From Lytechinus pictus (taxonomy: Eukaryota): a stretch of DNA of 64,000 nt. The notes under the pieces were generated by a model, which was given only the letters and a program-made list of their open reading frames with translations, did no database searches and was not told where the DNA came from. The stretch spans positions 7,006,001-7,070,000 of the forward strand of contig NC_087252.1 of NCBI RefSeq assembly GCF_037042905.1, read 5' to 3'. Both the position numbers and the translations under genes were made by a program. Each line of letters begins with the position of its first letter. The stretch's first letter is position 1. Below are positions 63,047-64,000 of the stretch, piece by piece.

Positions 63047-64000
63047 AGTAGTTAATGGATAGACCTCATACCAACTTGACCTTTGACCCGGTCATGACCT
63101 TTGAACCGGACAACCATGCCCTTTGACCACGTGACCTTTAGTCCGGTCAGCCTTTGACCACATGACCTTTGACCCGGTCAACCATGCCCTTTGACCACAT
63201 GACCTTTGACCCGGTCAACCATGCCCTTTGACCACATGACCTTTGACCCAGTCATGACCTTTGAACCGGACAACCATGCCCTTTGACCACGTGACCTTTA
63301 GTCCGGTCAGCCTTTGACCACATGACCTTTGACCCGGTCAACCATGCCCTTTGACCCCATGACCTTTGACCCGGTCAGCCATGACCTCATACCAACTTGA
63401 CCTTTGACCCGGTCATGCCCTTTAGCCTGATCAGCCTTTGACCTTTGACCCGACCAGCCATGCCCTTTGACCACATGACCTTTAGCCGGTCAGCCGTGAC
63501 CTTTAGCCCGGTCAGCCTTTGACCACATGACCCAATGGGTTGACCAAGACTTCCGGTCAGCCATGTCACCATGAAATGGTATTACGACACAGTTATGCAA
63601 CCACCGTGATGTCATCCCAGGGAATTACCCTTATTGCACCGTCGGTATTGCACCACCGTTGCGTCATCGCTGCGTATGGGTGACTTTCGGTCGACCTTAT
63701 CACACGATGCAGCGACGTTGCACGGGTATTTTTAGCATACGATACGATGCACAAAAACAAGACATCTATACAGTTTCCTATTTAAAAAGCGATCTTTCTC
63801 TGCCTACCGGCGGATATGTCAAGCGCCTCGCATGACGTCACCAGCTACGCAAGCATCGTGATGTCATCCCAGGGAATTACCCTTTACCCGGTATTGCACC
63901 ACCGTGGCGCAATCGTCATCGCCACGTTTAGGATACGATGCACAAAACAGACGTATGATCTCTACACAGTTTCCTATTTAAAAGTTATCTTTCTCCGCCT
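63047..64000 (+). mobile_element. Duplicate of the Polinton-like terminus, running off the window edge
   Basis: Same junction TCCCAG|AGTAGTTAATGG and the same array with one extra block. Confidence 0.65.

Overview
AT-rich, intron-containing animal DNA. The repeat content looks like a marine invertebrate, probably an echinoderm (inference). The ORF track is almost all noise; the real genes are spliced and lie on the minus strand. The window is part of a tandem array of one gene family. Copy A (36425->16580) can be spliced by hand into an intact 16-17-exon protein of ~720-730 aa: signal peptide, V-type Ig, two further Ig domains, short Thr/Pro stalk, TM helix, juxtamembrane ITAM-like motif (YEMI-x6-YTTL), an FGFR/Tie-like tyrosine-kinase fold and a Tyr-containing tail. 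The kinase fold looks catalytically dead: VAIK->VAIR, no alphaC Glu, HRDLAARN->HGALCAHN, and a short activation loop without Tyr. Copy B (7856-> beyond the left edge) shows the signal and V-Ig exons with many replacements relative to A. Copies C (45237-49008) and D (61722-63046) are 3' remnants broken by a Polinton/Maverick-like terminus, and C also by young L2/CR1-group LINEs. The stretch from ~41.8 kb to 47.46 kb is repeated almost identically ~16.5 kb further on. The rest is transposon debris: a 2.8-kb foldback element, TTAA-flanked MITEs (one triply nested), CAC-ended MITEs, LINE 3' ends and a TIR element enclosing a tRNA-like Pol III unit.
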